64,000 bases of DNA, from assembly GCA_046563655.1 (NCBI GenBank), contig CM102285.1:3658001-3722000 (forward strand), given 5' to 3'. The stretch is from Yuukianura sp. NJ FZ-2021. Lineage: Eukaryota. A program made the position numbers and the translations under genes. The notes under the pieces are model-generated. The model ran no database searches. It saw only the letters and a program-made list of their open reading frames with translations, and had not been told where the DNA came from. Below, piece by piece: positions 1-13,559 of this stretch (its first letter is position 1; each line of letters starts with the position of its first letter).

Positions 1-578
1 GTAATCCCGTACTTACTACCGTAATTTTTGGTCTCCCACTTGCGTTTCTGAGCCTCATCTTCTACTCAATTTGCTGTGCTGATTTCATGGATGCTTCGGA
101 CGAGGATGACGGTAAGTTAACTAGTAATGTTCATGTCCAAATGGTTCCATGCGAAATCGTAGAATGAGTTACTGCGAAACTAATTCCATCGAAAGTCAAC
201 TTACTTCAAATAGTAGTAAACAAAACGTAACCTTAATGATTTCAAGTTTAATCAAACTTAACCTAATGGAAGCTAGCCTAACTAATCCTAGCTTTATGAT
301 TTCACAAATAACCTAACTTAATTTTACTTTAAAATAAGCTTTCACAGTAATTCGCTTCGCAGTCGTTCATTCGACGAAATGGCATGATACCATTTGAGTA
401 GTAATAAGCTTTCGAACTGTTATGCGAGCTTTAGTGCGAGTTGACAAAGAATTAACAACTAGTAATTGAGGATTTAACAATTAATTTCTTCTTTTTGTAT
501 TATGGTTATGGTGAACTAATAATCTTTTTATTTTTAATAGATCCAGCAACAAGATCCCCACATGAGAAGCGTGATTAA
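1..578 (+). CDS. TMX3: 3' end of thioredoxin-related transmembrane protein 3 (PDI family); exons <1-111 and 541-578
   Basis: Spliced translation NPVLTTVIFGLPLAFLSLIFYSICCADFMDASDEDD/DPATRSPHEKRD* across a GT-AG intron at 112-540. The TM helix with FGLPL, the acidic tail and the dibasic ER-retrieval-like end match TMX3 C-termini. Confidence 0.8.
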
Positions 579-1273
579 ACTTTTCTGGAACATGGTCGTT
601 CGTGCTTCCGAATCCGAACGCGACACTGACGAATTCCACCGGTCACTCCTGTTTCGCAAGTGTATTCATCCATATCTAGTCACAAATTTTGTTCCAAGCA
701 TTATATACGTAGCGTTGTTTAGTAATTTGAGTGACAATCGATCTTAAAATAACGTTGAGCTTGACGCATGCGTGCTTATCATTTTTCAATGTGGTAACTA
801 CATCCTTATTTTACCGAAATCTTGTCTTTTCTTTTTCGAATTTCGTTACGCAAACGATCGCAGAGGACCAAAATGATTTGGTTTCTTTTTTCCCTAGTCG
901 TTTTGAGAAAATAAAAGACCAATTTAGGAAATTCTGAATCAATCAAAGCAAAACTAATTCCGAACGAACAATTTATTTAGTTGAGGCTCCCATTTCTTTG
1001 ATACATTTCCAACAAATGGTAAACAGTTTTCCTCTTCAAGTAATTACTATCCCCTAAAATTTGACTAATTTTACGTAAGGTTAATAACGTTTATTTGACA
1101 TTTGGCAATCTTTTTTGTTGCACTTTAGTGACGACTTGAGTTTAAGTTCACTTGATTTAACAATTCTTATAGTCTATTTACAGTCTATTCTTTCATGATT
1201 TGTTTACCGCCCAAGCTAACTAATTAATTATTGATATTCCTTGTATAAATGATTTCTGTTACTTCTTACCCAG

Positions 1274-2572
1274 TACTCCTGTCTAGAATGCCTATCAAAA
1301 CCGCGCACCCATCAGAAATATCTTCAGTCTCGCGAAGTAGGTACATGATTTACAATAATATAAGTTAAGATTAATATTTAATAAAAGTTTAATATAATTT
1401 TCTCTCTTTTCAGATTCTGTGAGCCCCATTCTTAACATTTGCCATCGAAGATCAGTCTCCACCGAAGCTTTCTAAACCGATATAAGATTCACCAAAAATA
1501 AATATAGGTAACTGCATCCCATGGCGGGATATTTTAAACTCTTATCGAACAATTTGTCAACAAGTTAATGCATACTACACGTTTTGATTTAAATTCTAGG
1601 CCACTAACATTCCTTTGTTCGATTACCAGCGGACCAATGGAAGGAAAAACTATTCGTTTACATGAAGCAGCGATTTGTCGCTGCTGGTGCTACAGCTGGA
1701 AGACATCTCGCTAGAACACAAGCTGAAGAAAGTATAAAAGAAAGGACAAACAGATACAATTTCTGTGCTTGACAAGGTAAATAAAACTAAAGTTTAATAG
1801 CAGCGCACCATCAGTTTGAGCTTCTCGTGAGAATATAGTGTAGAAAATAATTCCAATTGAAATTAGTAGTTACGTTTGTAGCGACTTTGTGTAAAACTGT
1901 TTCTTTTTTCCAGGACATGCGAAGCCTGTATTGGAAGCAACGACGTTTTCCTTCTAGAACCACATATGATTACTCCATGGATCATCAGGGCTGTTGCCGT
2001 ACAAGGGGGGATAGATGGAACTGCTATGGAAGGACTCTTGCGGTCCACTGGTGCCTACAACACAGTGGAACAAGTAATCGCATCCGCAGTTGTTGTCCCA
2101 GAACTGTTCTCCTTTGCAGTGAAATCGAACGGCCAGAATAATTCGAGAACCGATTTCAACCATTTCCGGCTTCAAATGGACTATGAATTCAAAACGATCC
2201 GAGAATCCATCGCACGAACCGTTGACATAAGTAGCCTAAAATGGAAAATGGACTTTGGTTAGTCAATTGATAATGATTGAATTAACTTAATTGTTCATTC
2301 AGAGTAAGTTTTAACTATTTTTTTTGCGCAGGGTCAAATGCACATCAGCGGCGGTTTGAATAAATGAACGAACTGTCTAGCAATCCCTGTTACGTCTGCG
2401 CAAGCGCTATGTCCACTTTACATCTTATTGTCACAAAAAGACGAGTGTCACTATCACTAAGGCTGACTAAAATGTTGTGGGTAAGTGATGCAACATTTTG
2501 AATTTCTAAGAATCTTACAGTTCAATTTTGTTTTTGTTTATAAACAAAAATAGAATAGATGATTGAATTTGA
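1274..2572 (+). ncRNA. Putative spliced non-coding transcript antisense to the Gbs-76A 3' end
   Basis: Five consecutive AT-rich GT-AG introns (1341-1413, 1508-1599, 1777-1913, 2258-2331, 2481-2553) with pyrimidine tracts. No long ORF after splicing. Confidence 0.35.
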
Positions 2573-4503
2573 GGTAACCTCGTCTGGGTCTTATCATCGG
2601 CGTCTGTTTACTTCAAAGAAAACAAACAGAAGCCGAGGTTGTAGTGACGTAGATGGCAGCGCGTGTGCAAGCAGTTGCCATGCACAGAGATGAAGATCGT
2701 ACGTCATCGGCATGGACTTCGGGATTTAGAAAGAAAAAATTCGGCAGAATGAAAAACATGCCCAGTCCGATAAAGGCTTAAGTTGACTTGACTTTCGATT
2801 TGAGCAAAACATGATTAGAAAGCGCTTGTACATTGCAAAATACGTTTCAAAATGTTTACAACTGTTGAAAAAAATGTACCTGAAAGTCGGTAAAAGTCTT
2901 CCATTCATCGTATGTGTAGCGAATATAAACTGATTTGTGAAAGTCCATGTTCAAAACACGAACGGCCCCTTTGATTGTAAAGTTGTCACTGAAGTATGCA
3001 TTTTCCAGCAAAACCTAAAATGACAAATCAGTATTTCAGTTTAGCTTTTTATTCAAAAGTTTCCCAAACTTGAAAAAAAAATTTTTTTTTAGTTTGATTT
3101 GACTTTTGACTGACCTTGTTATCGCGGATTCTGTCAAAGAAATCTGGGCATGTAGCCGGTTGATGAAATGTCGGGACCAAAATTTTGTTAACTGCGCATG
3201 TTTTTGGTATGTTGGCAGTTGGAAGTGACAACGGGCAGTAGTTGAAAGTTTCCAGAGGATAATCCAAGTCACTGTTTCAAACAATTTAGTTGTTTAAATT
3301 TTTAATTCTAGTACTTTTTTTTATAATTTTGAATTTTGTTGACTTTTTTCAGCCATTTTTTGAAGCTTACTCGAATGCAGATTTTGGGACTTTTGGAACT
3401 TCGTCCTTAAAAGTTCGAACTGCAGTCAGATCCAGGCCAAGAGAATCAGCGAATCGAACAATTTTCTTCGTCGCTGGAGTTCCTGGCGGAGTTTTTCCAG
3501 ATTTCAAAGATGAGCATCGTATGATTCGTGGTATTCTTGGCATATTATCTTCCTCTTCACTTCCGCTGTCTCCAGCATCAAAACTTCCAATTTTGCTCAG
3601 TAGCTGCTTCATGTCCTCAATAGTAGTGACGGGACTCAAACCTTTTTTGTTGCTAATTGCAGGTCGTGGGGAGACATCGGAGAGTTTGACTTTTTGCAAT
3701 TCTGGAAGCAAGAGTGTCTCTACTTCTGGATGAGGGGATGACGGGAACGTCTCAACGTCGTAGTAAATGCTACAATCCGAAGCTTCGCTCGTACAGTCAT
3801 CGGCAGAATTCGAGTGCTGGATGTTGAAAACTGGGAGAAGAACGTTCATGTCTCCGTTGGGACTCATTGTTTCAGGAGACGTAAAAATGCAACCAGATTC
3901 TAAGCCATTGTCTGCATTTGAGCTGACATGTCGCCTGAAATCCTCTGAACTGCTGCTGATACCGTTTTGGAGGCAGCCTGTACAGTAGAGGTCATCGCAG
4001 GTATTGACCGTGTAGCAAGAGGACCCACCCTCCACTGGACTTCCTGGACTGCTGGGACTGCCAATGCCAAAGTCATAGAATATGTCGCTGTCCTGAGAGG
4101 TATTTGCTGATGGATTTCCATTTTTTCCATTTTCAGCAGCATGGGAGTCTGAAGATTGTCGTTCTGTTTCGGATATCTCCGATGCCACGGCAGTTTTTGA
4201 GTTTGTCATGCTGGATGTTAGATTAAATTGATCTACTGTGTTTTTGATTTCAGAACTTTCGGGCATGTGCTTCCGACGAGCCAGATGAGAGTCGAGACTG
4301 AGGGCCTTCCAAGATGGTTCTGTCAATGATATCGATGAGGAATCGACAACATCTCTAAGTCCATCGAAACTTCCAAGTGTTTTCAATTTGATTTGCAGTG
4401 TTCGGGCGAAATCTTCGGCTCGAGTTCGACAACTGAACGAAAGGAAGCTAATGTCACAAGCTAGAGTGCTCGTTGTAGTGGATCCAGCAGCATCTGAGCG
4501 CAT
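1954..4503 (-). CDS. Gbs-76A: Protein phosphatase 1 glycogen-targeting subunit (PPP1R3 family, CBM21 domain); exons 4503-3371, 3271-3115, 3014-2880, 2235-1954
   Basis: PP1-binding RVxF context KKIVRFADSLGLDL. Downstream exons join in frame via GT-AG introns and give CBM21 motifs (GAVRVLNMDFHKSVYIRYTYDEW; AVRFHCKGEQFWDNNCG). An acceptor just upstream of ATG 4503 implies further 5' exons. Confidence 0.9.
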
Positions 4504-4600
4504 GTCTAGTGAGCAAATCGGGAACAAAACGGTTATTAGTACTTCCGGAAAATTCTCAATTTTTTTTACGTTTTTCAAAATTTCATTTCTTAATAGCTAG

Positions 4601-5040
4601 CCAGGACATTAAACTCGCGTCAGTATTCTGGATACGGTTCGGTACCCAACAAAAGTAGTTTGTCTAGTATTCCACAGTATTGAACTAGAAAAATTTCAAA
4701 AAATTTGAAATTTGCGTTCTAAAATTTGGCATTTCAGTAGTTTCAACTACTTTTCAAGGTGCCCAGGATGCTAAATTCCTATCGTAATTTAGTATTCCTC
4801 AAAATCTACAGTTTGAACTAAACCCTTGGACTTTTCAAGAATCTTGACGGGGCACGGTCTCATTTCTTAGCGTAGAATCGATTAAAACTTACTGGAAAAT
4901 TGTTTGACGCACGGCACGCCTGCGCTTGGGGTACCAAACTCGGTACTGGAGGATACAACCTTAGGTATCTTGGGTACAATAGTCGGTATCTTTTCAGGGT
5001 ACCAAATTTAGTATCCAGGATACCGAGTTTAGTGTCCTGG
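4601..5040. mobile_element. Non-autonomous TIR element (MITE), degraded
   Basis: Inverted termini ccaggacattaaactc / gagtttagtgtcctgg. No clear TSD. Confidence 0.5.
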
Positions 5041-8000
5041 GCACAATGTTAATTAAACTGTGAAACTCATGATTACCTGCTCTTAAAAATTTTTGCTGCA
5101 AAGATTGTGGAGACGCCAAATCCATACTCACCTTCAATTTTTTTCTAGTCTCGTCTTGTAAGTGGCTTCTCGGAATTTGACTTTTCTCTGACTTTTTCTT
5201 CGGGAAATCAACGAGAAATAACGGGTCACTCCTCTCTGGCATGAAATCTAAAATTAGACCAACAAGATCATGGTTAGCCAAAAACTTATAAACTTATGTA
5301 GCCTATGCTAAACCTAATTCATTCCCTTCAACGGTTCTATTTCTAGCCAAATTCCTCCTAAACGTATAGCTACTCTATCGGAATCATCCCAGAAACCCGG
5401 AATCGGAATTAACTAAAAAGATTATCACAATGCCAAAAAATATTTCTGACCTGTTTCTACTTGTCCGTGACGCTGGTAAGAAACTTCTGTTCTTTTCTTT
5501 ACACAAAAAAAATTTGCAAATGTTCACTCCTCAGAATTTGCCAAAAATTTTAAGTGTGCCTTTTTTCACAGAGCGCTGTTTGGACTATTGCCGAAACGCA
5601 GAAAAACCAGAGCAGATTTTTTTGTGCTGCTCAAGCTCGGCTCGTCTGCTACGAAATGATTCGTGCTACGAAGCTTCAACTTCAATAGGAAAAAAAAAGC
5701 TCTTGGCTTTTTAAAAGTTGAATTGAAATTTGGAGTGGTCGTTGTGCATAAGTCGAGTATGAGAGTCCGCTGTTCTGAACAGAAACGCTTATCCTCAATC
5801 GCCTAGAACCTTTTAGTCACTGTGGTGTTAAAAATAAGCACAATCTTTCTTTATACTTTCCACGACCCCATGCTATCATGTCGCAAGTTTTGGTCTTAGC
5901 TTGGCTTCTATTTACTAACTGCCTAACTCAAACAACCGACCATTGATAATCTCCTTATTGGTCCCTATTCATTATGACGTATGTTCTTCTTCAACAAGTA
6001 TTATTGTGCAGGACAGCTTTCAAAATAAGCGACAAGGCGCAAAACAACTCATTAACGCCAACTTTGTTATGTCTGTACAGTCTGTCGCAATACTTTAAAA
6101 GTTGCGAAAGTAACGGTCAGGGTAATATTAGTTCTCTAAAGACTTTCTGCGTCGCGCATGCTTCATAGATGCTTAATTGACGTCATGAGCTGCGCTACTT
6201 GGCATTTTTAAGCTCATCAGGATCGCTACTTATCAAAGCTTGCGACCTGTCGCAAGTCTATCGCGCGTCGCAAATTCACAACAGCTAAGAATAAATATTC
6301 TCCAAGGTTAATATCTCCCTAGACGGCTGAAATAATGTTCAAGCAGGAGCAAATGCAAATGTAAGCAGCGCATGCGCCAATGGTATACGTGTCCACTGTC
6401 ACAGCCAGCTTCGTATGTCAATTGCGGCACGCCATCGATAATCGATAGTCATGCTACATTTTAGTGTTCATTTCAATTGGTTTTTATCATCTACTATAGA
6501 AGTAGTAGAACATGAAGCCTAGGAGTGACAGAAATACGAATTGTCAAAAGGGGATTGGTTGACATTCGTAGCCTTCTTGAACCAAAGATACTAAGCGGCT
6601 CCTAACTATGTACATCGTACGACTACACACATATACACCAATAGCTTCTTAAGAAGGATAATGCACTCTGTCGGCGATTAAGCGTTAATCACTGGCTAAA
6701 CTTGAGCACAGAAGGTTATCCAGTGGACATGAACCATGATGAGCCTCCTTGGATGTTGGAAGGTTTGGACCAATCGAGAGACGCCGTTTTTGGCCAGTGG
6801 GAGATGAAGCCAATTCAAATCACTTAATCCCTATGTCCTTATCCTTGTTTACGTTTTAAAAACTTTCGTAAATGTTTTCATACTTATTTAAGAGGTTTTC
6901 ACGTCAATAGCAATTTATCCTAAGCCAAGCCTCCTTCGATTGACTTTGGAAGTGCACTTGAACTTATATTTGCGCAACAACTGATCCTTAAGTTGCAGCG
7001 ATAGCACAAATAATGTCAAACTTTTCTTTGCTTTTAGTTAAAGTCAGGTTCATATTTTTCTATTTTAAGTTGACACATTCAGACGTCCTTGATTTTAATT
7101 TGGTTTTAAAGTGGTCTGGACACGGGAAGTTTTTTTTTCTCAATTTAGATTTACTTTCTATGCTATTCTGGCCTTCAAAAATCCAAAACACATTCCGGTA
7201 TCGACTGGTCAATTCTAAGACTCAGACTCTTCAAGTTGAGTTGAGTTATAGTTTAATTAAAGTTAATCTTAATTTAGTACAGTATTCTCAAGCTTGACTT
7301 TTTTTAAGTGCCAGTGCCAGAGCACGAGGCCGTGCCAGATTGCTTCGCAGATTGCAGATCTAGATTGTTCGTTATTTTTTTTAAAGGTCGGTGACTCATA
7401 TACACAGCTTATACTTAAAAAAAGTTTCTGTAAGTAGATTAAGCAAAGAAAACAATCAGAACAACGTTTTAAATTGAAAAAACCTCACGAGTTATTTGTG
7501 AGTCACACTGCTTAAAAATGCAATGCTTTTGAAATTTTTATCCCCATGGGTTGACCTTTGTGGCACAACTTTTTTAGTTTAAAAAATTTTCTTGAAAATT
7601 GGACAATGACAATTGACTTGAAGGTTCCTACCAATGTATTCTTGCTCCTGCGAGAGAATGTTTAAAGTCCAAAACTAAACAATTTTTGAAAAGGAAAATC
7701 TATTTAAAAATTGTGTGAAGGCTGGGAAAAATATGAATCACTTTTTTTTTTAAAATTGAAAACCCAAAATATAGCTTGAAAGGCGGCAGTTGTGGTTTAG
7801 CTGATATCGCTTTTAGTAAGAAATAACAAATTGCTTTTTTTTTAGTTCTTTCTACATGAGCGCAAATTTAAAATTTTCGCAAAAAAAAATTTGTACCCTC
7901 TCGTATACTTGACACCCCAAAGGTTATGTGCTAATCATCATTATATTGCAATAGTAACGCGTCATTCGTATCTACAAAGCAGCCTCAGCCTCTTCTACTT

Positions 8001-11000
8001 TCTTTAGTTTTCCAGACTGTTCTAGCAGTTAGGGATAATGAAATTTGCAATAAAAAAAAAATGAGCTACATAAATAGAGAACGGGATTGGTTGTGAATTC
8101 AGGCATTCTGCATTCAGCCACAACGTGAACTATTGGTGTTAGAGGAGCACGAAACGACCGTGTGTTTTACATATGCAAAAATGCTGCACACTTTTATAGA
8201 CTCCCATCAGTCAACAAATTGGCAAACTCTAATTCTACTGAACTAATAAATGCAATGTTAAAGGCGACAGATTTTTTGCTGCAGTTTGCGGTCACTGCTC
8301 AAAAAAAGTCTTAAAAACCGCAAGTATTTCTCCAACTTTAACGTGATCAGCGTAATGATTGACAACTCAAGGTTAAAAATGTTTTTGCAAGTAACTAAAA
8401 TTTGCTGTAGATTTTTACAAATATGAGTAACTAAAAAGGGAAAAAAATTATTTTTCCGGATACAATTTTGCTTTGGGAAAAAAATGACACAGTTTGGAGA
8501 AATCAGAAAAAAAGTGAAAAACTCACATTTCGTTAATTTTAGAGAGGATTTCCAAAACTTAAAAAAAAATGCTTTCGCACGTGTCTGTGTTTTTCGACCT
8601 TCAACGTTATTAAAGTTAAAGTAACAACAGAAAAGAAAAACAAAGTTATTTAAAAAGCAGTCTAAACACATTTTTTTTCATTTTCCTAAGTGCGGAAATT
8701 TTTTCTTCAAATTAAACGACCTACTATGAAGCGTTTTTTTATGATTCAAATAAAATTAGAGTTATAAAATTTTGAAATGAGTCAAATTTATGAGTTCTGT
8801 CTGAAATTGACTAACCCTCAGACATCGCCCTTGACATGCACACATTTAAATGGAACAATGCCAAAAATAGCTTAAGTTAAAATTTTGTAAAATTTTGAAA
8901 AATTCTAAAAATGGATATTTACCGTTAAGTGTTGATAAGTCCGCTGCTAGTTAATTCCTTCGTTGTACTTCCTAGTGTGACATTCTTCTCAACCAGGCTA
9001 ATGTTGACTTCTTGTCGTATGAGGAAAACACATTACGGAAATGTCGTTGAAATTTCGTAAGTTGTGCTGGAGTTACTAGAAGCTCTGAAATAGCCGTATG
9101 CTTAGAATGAACCAGGAACACATGACCATTTCCTAGACTTTGGCAGGAAGTTGCTGAATGTTTTGGCTAGACGGAGAACCCGTTTCGGCGTAGTCGGAAG
9201 AAATCGATATTTGCACAGAAGCTCTGGGTGGACTTTCTCCTGTTGCTAAAATTTGCCAAGGTTGTGGCGTGTGGGTGGTGTTTTGCTTTTAAGTAAGACA
9301 GGAGATATACGACGTGTTGACTTTTGTAGCGGAGTCTTTCTATCCTTCATGTGTGCGTGCTAAAGGCTGAATGAAGGGAAGAGCTTTCATGCTGGACATT
9401 TTTCAATTGTCTTCCAAACGCATTCGATGAAACCAAAGCAAGAGGTTAAACTTAAGGGGGAGAGCGTTTCAGTTACCATTAGGTCAACAACCAACACCTC
9501 AACTAGTAAAATGTCCAACAAGTACTTATTTTACTTTCTATTCTTACTTGACTACTGTACGTAAGTGTTTGCTTTTTAATTAGCGTTGAGTTGTCAATTT
9601 ATCAGTAAAGTAAACACCACAGTCTGTCTTTTTTTTTTTGGATTTTTATGTCGTGTTGATTTCAATTGTTGCATAGCAAAGGTAAACATGCACTGTGATA
9701 AATATTTAAAAAAAAAATGCAAACAAAAAATTATTTTGATTTTTTAGTGTTTGTAAAATTAACAAAAAAATGAAAGTCATTCAAACTACGTTCTCCCTCA
9801 GTTTGTTTCTTTTGTATTCGTGTTGACATTTTCTTAGTTGCTCAAAGTTGCATTAACTGGCGGCGATCTCTGATAGAGGAAGGAGACTTTTCGGATGTTC
9901 TCCAATTTACTTGTCCCATGTACATATAGGAATGTGGTTTTGGAAATGAAAATTTTGACAGGGCACGTAGTCGTCTGGGTGTGGGACATAAGCATCTCGG
10001 AGTTATGGACAAGAAAGAAAAATACTTGAATTGTTTCGAGTGTTTTTCTATTCATGAGAGGCTTTCAAACTTAAAAAACGAATAAGGGTCCTTAAAAAGA
10101 AACAATACAACCACGTTTGCATCAGGCGGCTTCATTCGAAGGGGGAATCATTTTAAAACATACTTTGACCTGAATTAATGACTTCATGACCAAGAAGGGG
10201 TGGACGATGTATGACTTACTGAAGCCCCAAGGGCCCATGGCCCCTTTGGAAAAGAATGCCTAAGAAAATTCCACCGAGAAGCTCACAGTCACAATCCCTT
10301 TGCTACCAATATTCACTTGAAGCCAGTAGATTTCAAACCAAAATTTAAAATCTGTTATAAAAGTTGATCATCGTAAACTACATTTTATTTTCAAAAAAAA
10401 AATTGAAATGTATTGGCAAAAGAGTAGCCTAGTGTAGTTTTTTTAAAAAAAATGTAGGAAAGGACAAATTTAAAAAATTTAACAATTTTAACATTTTGAC
10501 AAAAAAAATTGACAATTTTAAAAAATTTAGTTTAAATTTCAAACAATTAGGACAATTATAAGAAGATAATATTTTTTTTATCATTGTCAATGATAAAAAA
10601 AAATTATGTGATAAGAAATAATTATTATTTTCCATTACTTAATTTAATTAGTTATTGAATTACTTTTGATGTGCTAAAACAATCTGTACTCTTGTCTAAT
10701 GTTTTCAAAAGACGTTTCTTCGCCTTGACCTTGACAAAAACAAAACTAATTACAAATACGAATCCATTTTTTTTTCTTAAGAAAAGCCTGATTTTTGTAA
10801 TAAATACCCGCAACAAAGTCATTAGTTTTAGGCAAATCTCATAAAAAAAACACAAGTTTTTAATGTCAAATCAGTTCGCCCCTGCTGTCAGTTCAGATTG
10901 TCCATGTCACCGCTACTACTGTGTTTCTATGGCATGACATGAAAGCAAAATTGACTTAACTTACATGAAGAAGAGACGATGACCCTGGAAGTAGAACACA

Positions 11001-11838
11001 AGGTCGTTAGTTCCAGAGCGGCTTTACTCACAGAACTAAATGCTTTGCATGCATGTGGTCGTCCAGTGACGATTATTTCATCACTTCGTTTCTTTTATCA
11101 ATTCGATTCAAGAATCCAAGGCACTAGAAGCCTATTGACTTATGTTGGTTTAGAAATCGTATTCGTCGGATCATATATCATCACAAATTGGCAATCAAAA
11201 GCATGCTCTGAAGCAGTGGAACGATTAGTGTCAAAGATGATATTCTATACTCCACTTAATCTAACTCCATTGACGTCACGCGTCGGCCACTTCCGATATA
11301 TCCAGAGCTCAACTTCATCCAGCTTAAGTTAAGTCCACTCGGACAGATATGGATTAAGTGTGCAACTGGCAAACAAGACTTGCTTACTTAAAATTGACAA
11401 GAAAATTTGACACTGCAACGACCTACTGGCGACATAACCGACCAATCTGTAGTTAAACCTTGGTCCATATGCTTTCTCCCTTACTTCACTTTGTTTACAA
11501 TTCTGTGATTGGAGAAAAAGACTAAGGTTAGGTTAGGCCATGAGATTACTACATAATAGGGTATCTAATTTCAGCTTGGGGTCACAGATTTGAGGTCAAC
11601 TTTTGCAGATCACGCATACCTTTGATGTTAAAGCTGTTGACGCTGTCAACCCATTTATGATCTGAAACTGATTTTGAACAATATGAACACCATTTGTATC
11701 AGCCAAGGACCAGAATTTTTCAGTTCTGCTCCACGTGAAGTTCCAATGACCTATAATGTACTTAAAGTCTCGTAATTTACTTTTACAAGAAAGCTTACGC
11801 TTACCAACATCAACCAGACATCAACATAAACTCTCTTC

Positions 11839-12741
11839 CATAGATGGGCGTCCTCACTCAAAAAATCCTCAAAGAGGACGAAATCCTCAAAGAGGACGCG
11901 ATTTTGGATGAGGATTGAGTATAGATGATTTGAGGACCGATGGCCGGAAAGAGTATAGAGGATTGAAGTTTTGAGGATTGACTTTGAATGAGGATAGAGG
12001 TTTTGAGTATTTAAGGATACAGTATGAAGTGAGGATAGAGGATTAGAGTAGTTGAGGATTCAAATTTACTTGAGGATTGAGTATTTGAGCACTCCTCAAT
12101 TTCGCAATTCCTAACAAATTGAGTCAAATGAGACATCCCCAGACATCCCGCTAACACCCGCGGTTGTTTCAAAGTTGAGCATGAGCTTTGATCCTATTTC
12201 TTCTCTTCACTATTATTCTTTTGTATCATCAGCTGCCACTGCCAATAGTATAGTTCGAAGTGGTGTGTATCTAATTTAAATTAGTTAGTGAACAACATGT
12301 CGTCGAACTTAAAACAGGCAACACCCGAGTTTGTCCTGTCTGATTAATGACGAGGAAGTTACAAGAAATCGAATCTTCGTCATCTGCAAAAGTTATCAAC
12401 CGTCTACGTTACAAGAAAGTTACTGGTGGTGTTCCTGACGCTGTTAGGTTAGGTTAATTAAATTGAATATTTAGTCTGAAATAAAATTGACTTGGTGAAC
12501 CAAACTTTATATATAGTTATTTTCACTTAATTGAGGATAGAGGTTTAAGGATTTGAGGACATTATTAGGATTGAGGATAGAGGATTTGAGGTTTTAAGGA
12601 TTGGGATACCAATGAGGATGAGGTTTTGAAGATTTGAGGACTAGAAATCGAGTGAGGATAGAGGAGAAGAGTATTTGAGGATCGGGAATCGATTGAGGAT
12701 AGAGGATTTGAGGACGTCCTCTTTGAGGATGCCCATCTATG
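11839..12741. mobile_element. MITE with CATAG..CTATG termini and 8-bp TSD (P/hAT-like), copy 1
   Basis: TIR catagatgggc(g/a)tcctca. TSD ctctcttc at 11831-11838 and 12742-12749. GAGGAT-rich subterminal repeats. Near-identical inverted copy at 42054-42896. Confidence 0.9.
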
Positions 12742-13559
12742 CTCTCTTCATTTTCAAAGCTAAACAACCAAAAATTGAAACTACTCCGTGAAATAACGGC
12801 AGAACGACATTGCTCTGAAGCGAATTGCTTCCAATGAATTGCCACGAAACCAATTGTGGCGAAAGGGAAATTGCTCCGAAAAACAAGTTTTCCCACACTG
12901 AATAAACTTACGATAATGTACTAAGCGTGAAGTATAGTTTAGGTTATAAATCATAAGGTTTGGCCATCAATCATGACATTACACTTGGTTGAGTTATAAG
13001 TTTACAATACTATTTTCAGAGCAATCTGACTTTCGAAGATATTTACGTTTCGGAGTAAATGGTTTCGCAGGAACTTATTCGGAGCAATTGCATGGAATCA
13101 TGAAATAACTAATAACCATCCACGAGGCTGACTTTTACATGAAAAAAATGAAGAAAAAGTCTTTGAAACTAAAAATCTAAAGAAAAATCTCAAAAAATTG
13201 ACTTAAGAGCAGAAAAAAATCTCCACAAAATTGTTTAGCTACAATTTCCAAAAAAAAGTCGTTTAGAACAAGATGCTTGAAGAGTTGGATTTCTTTTTGT
13301 CATTTTATTTTGATTTTTGAATAGAAAAAGTTAAAGCCCTTGTAGGCATGACATATTTGACGCAATAAGCTTAGCACTGGATAAATTTAAAAAACGATTC
13401 AAAAATTACGAAGTTTAAAAAAAAATGAAAAATTAAGAAATGAATAAATTAGGTTTGAAAAAATATGTTTAAGAGTGTTTAGCATACTGAGCATAGGTTT
13501 TTGACGGATTAGCATACGAACGGACAAGACAAGTAACAAAATGTCGTTCAATTCCAGTT

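Noticed and set aside
135-400. Degraded inverted repeat in the TMX3 intron (similar decay at ~12780-13070)
   Set aside because: Probably old MITE relics, but the ends and TSDs cannot be defined.
1966-2262. 98-aa plus-strand ORF as a protein-coding gene
   Set aside because: Lies opposite the CBM21 exon, has no recognisable motif, and the upstream spliced frames are closed.
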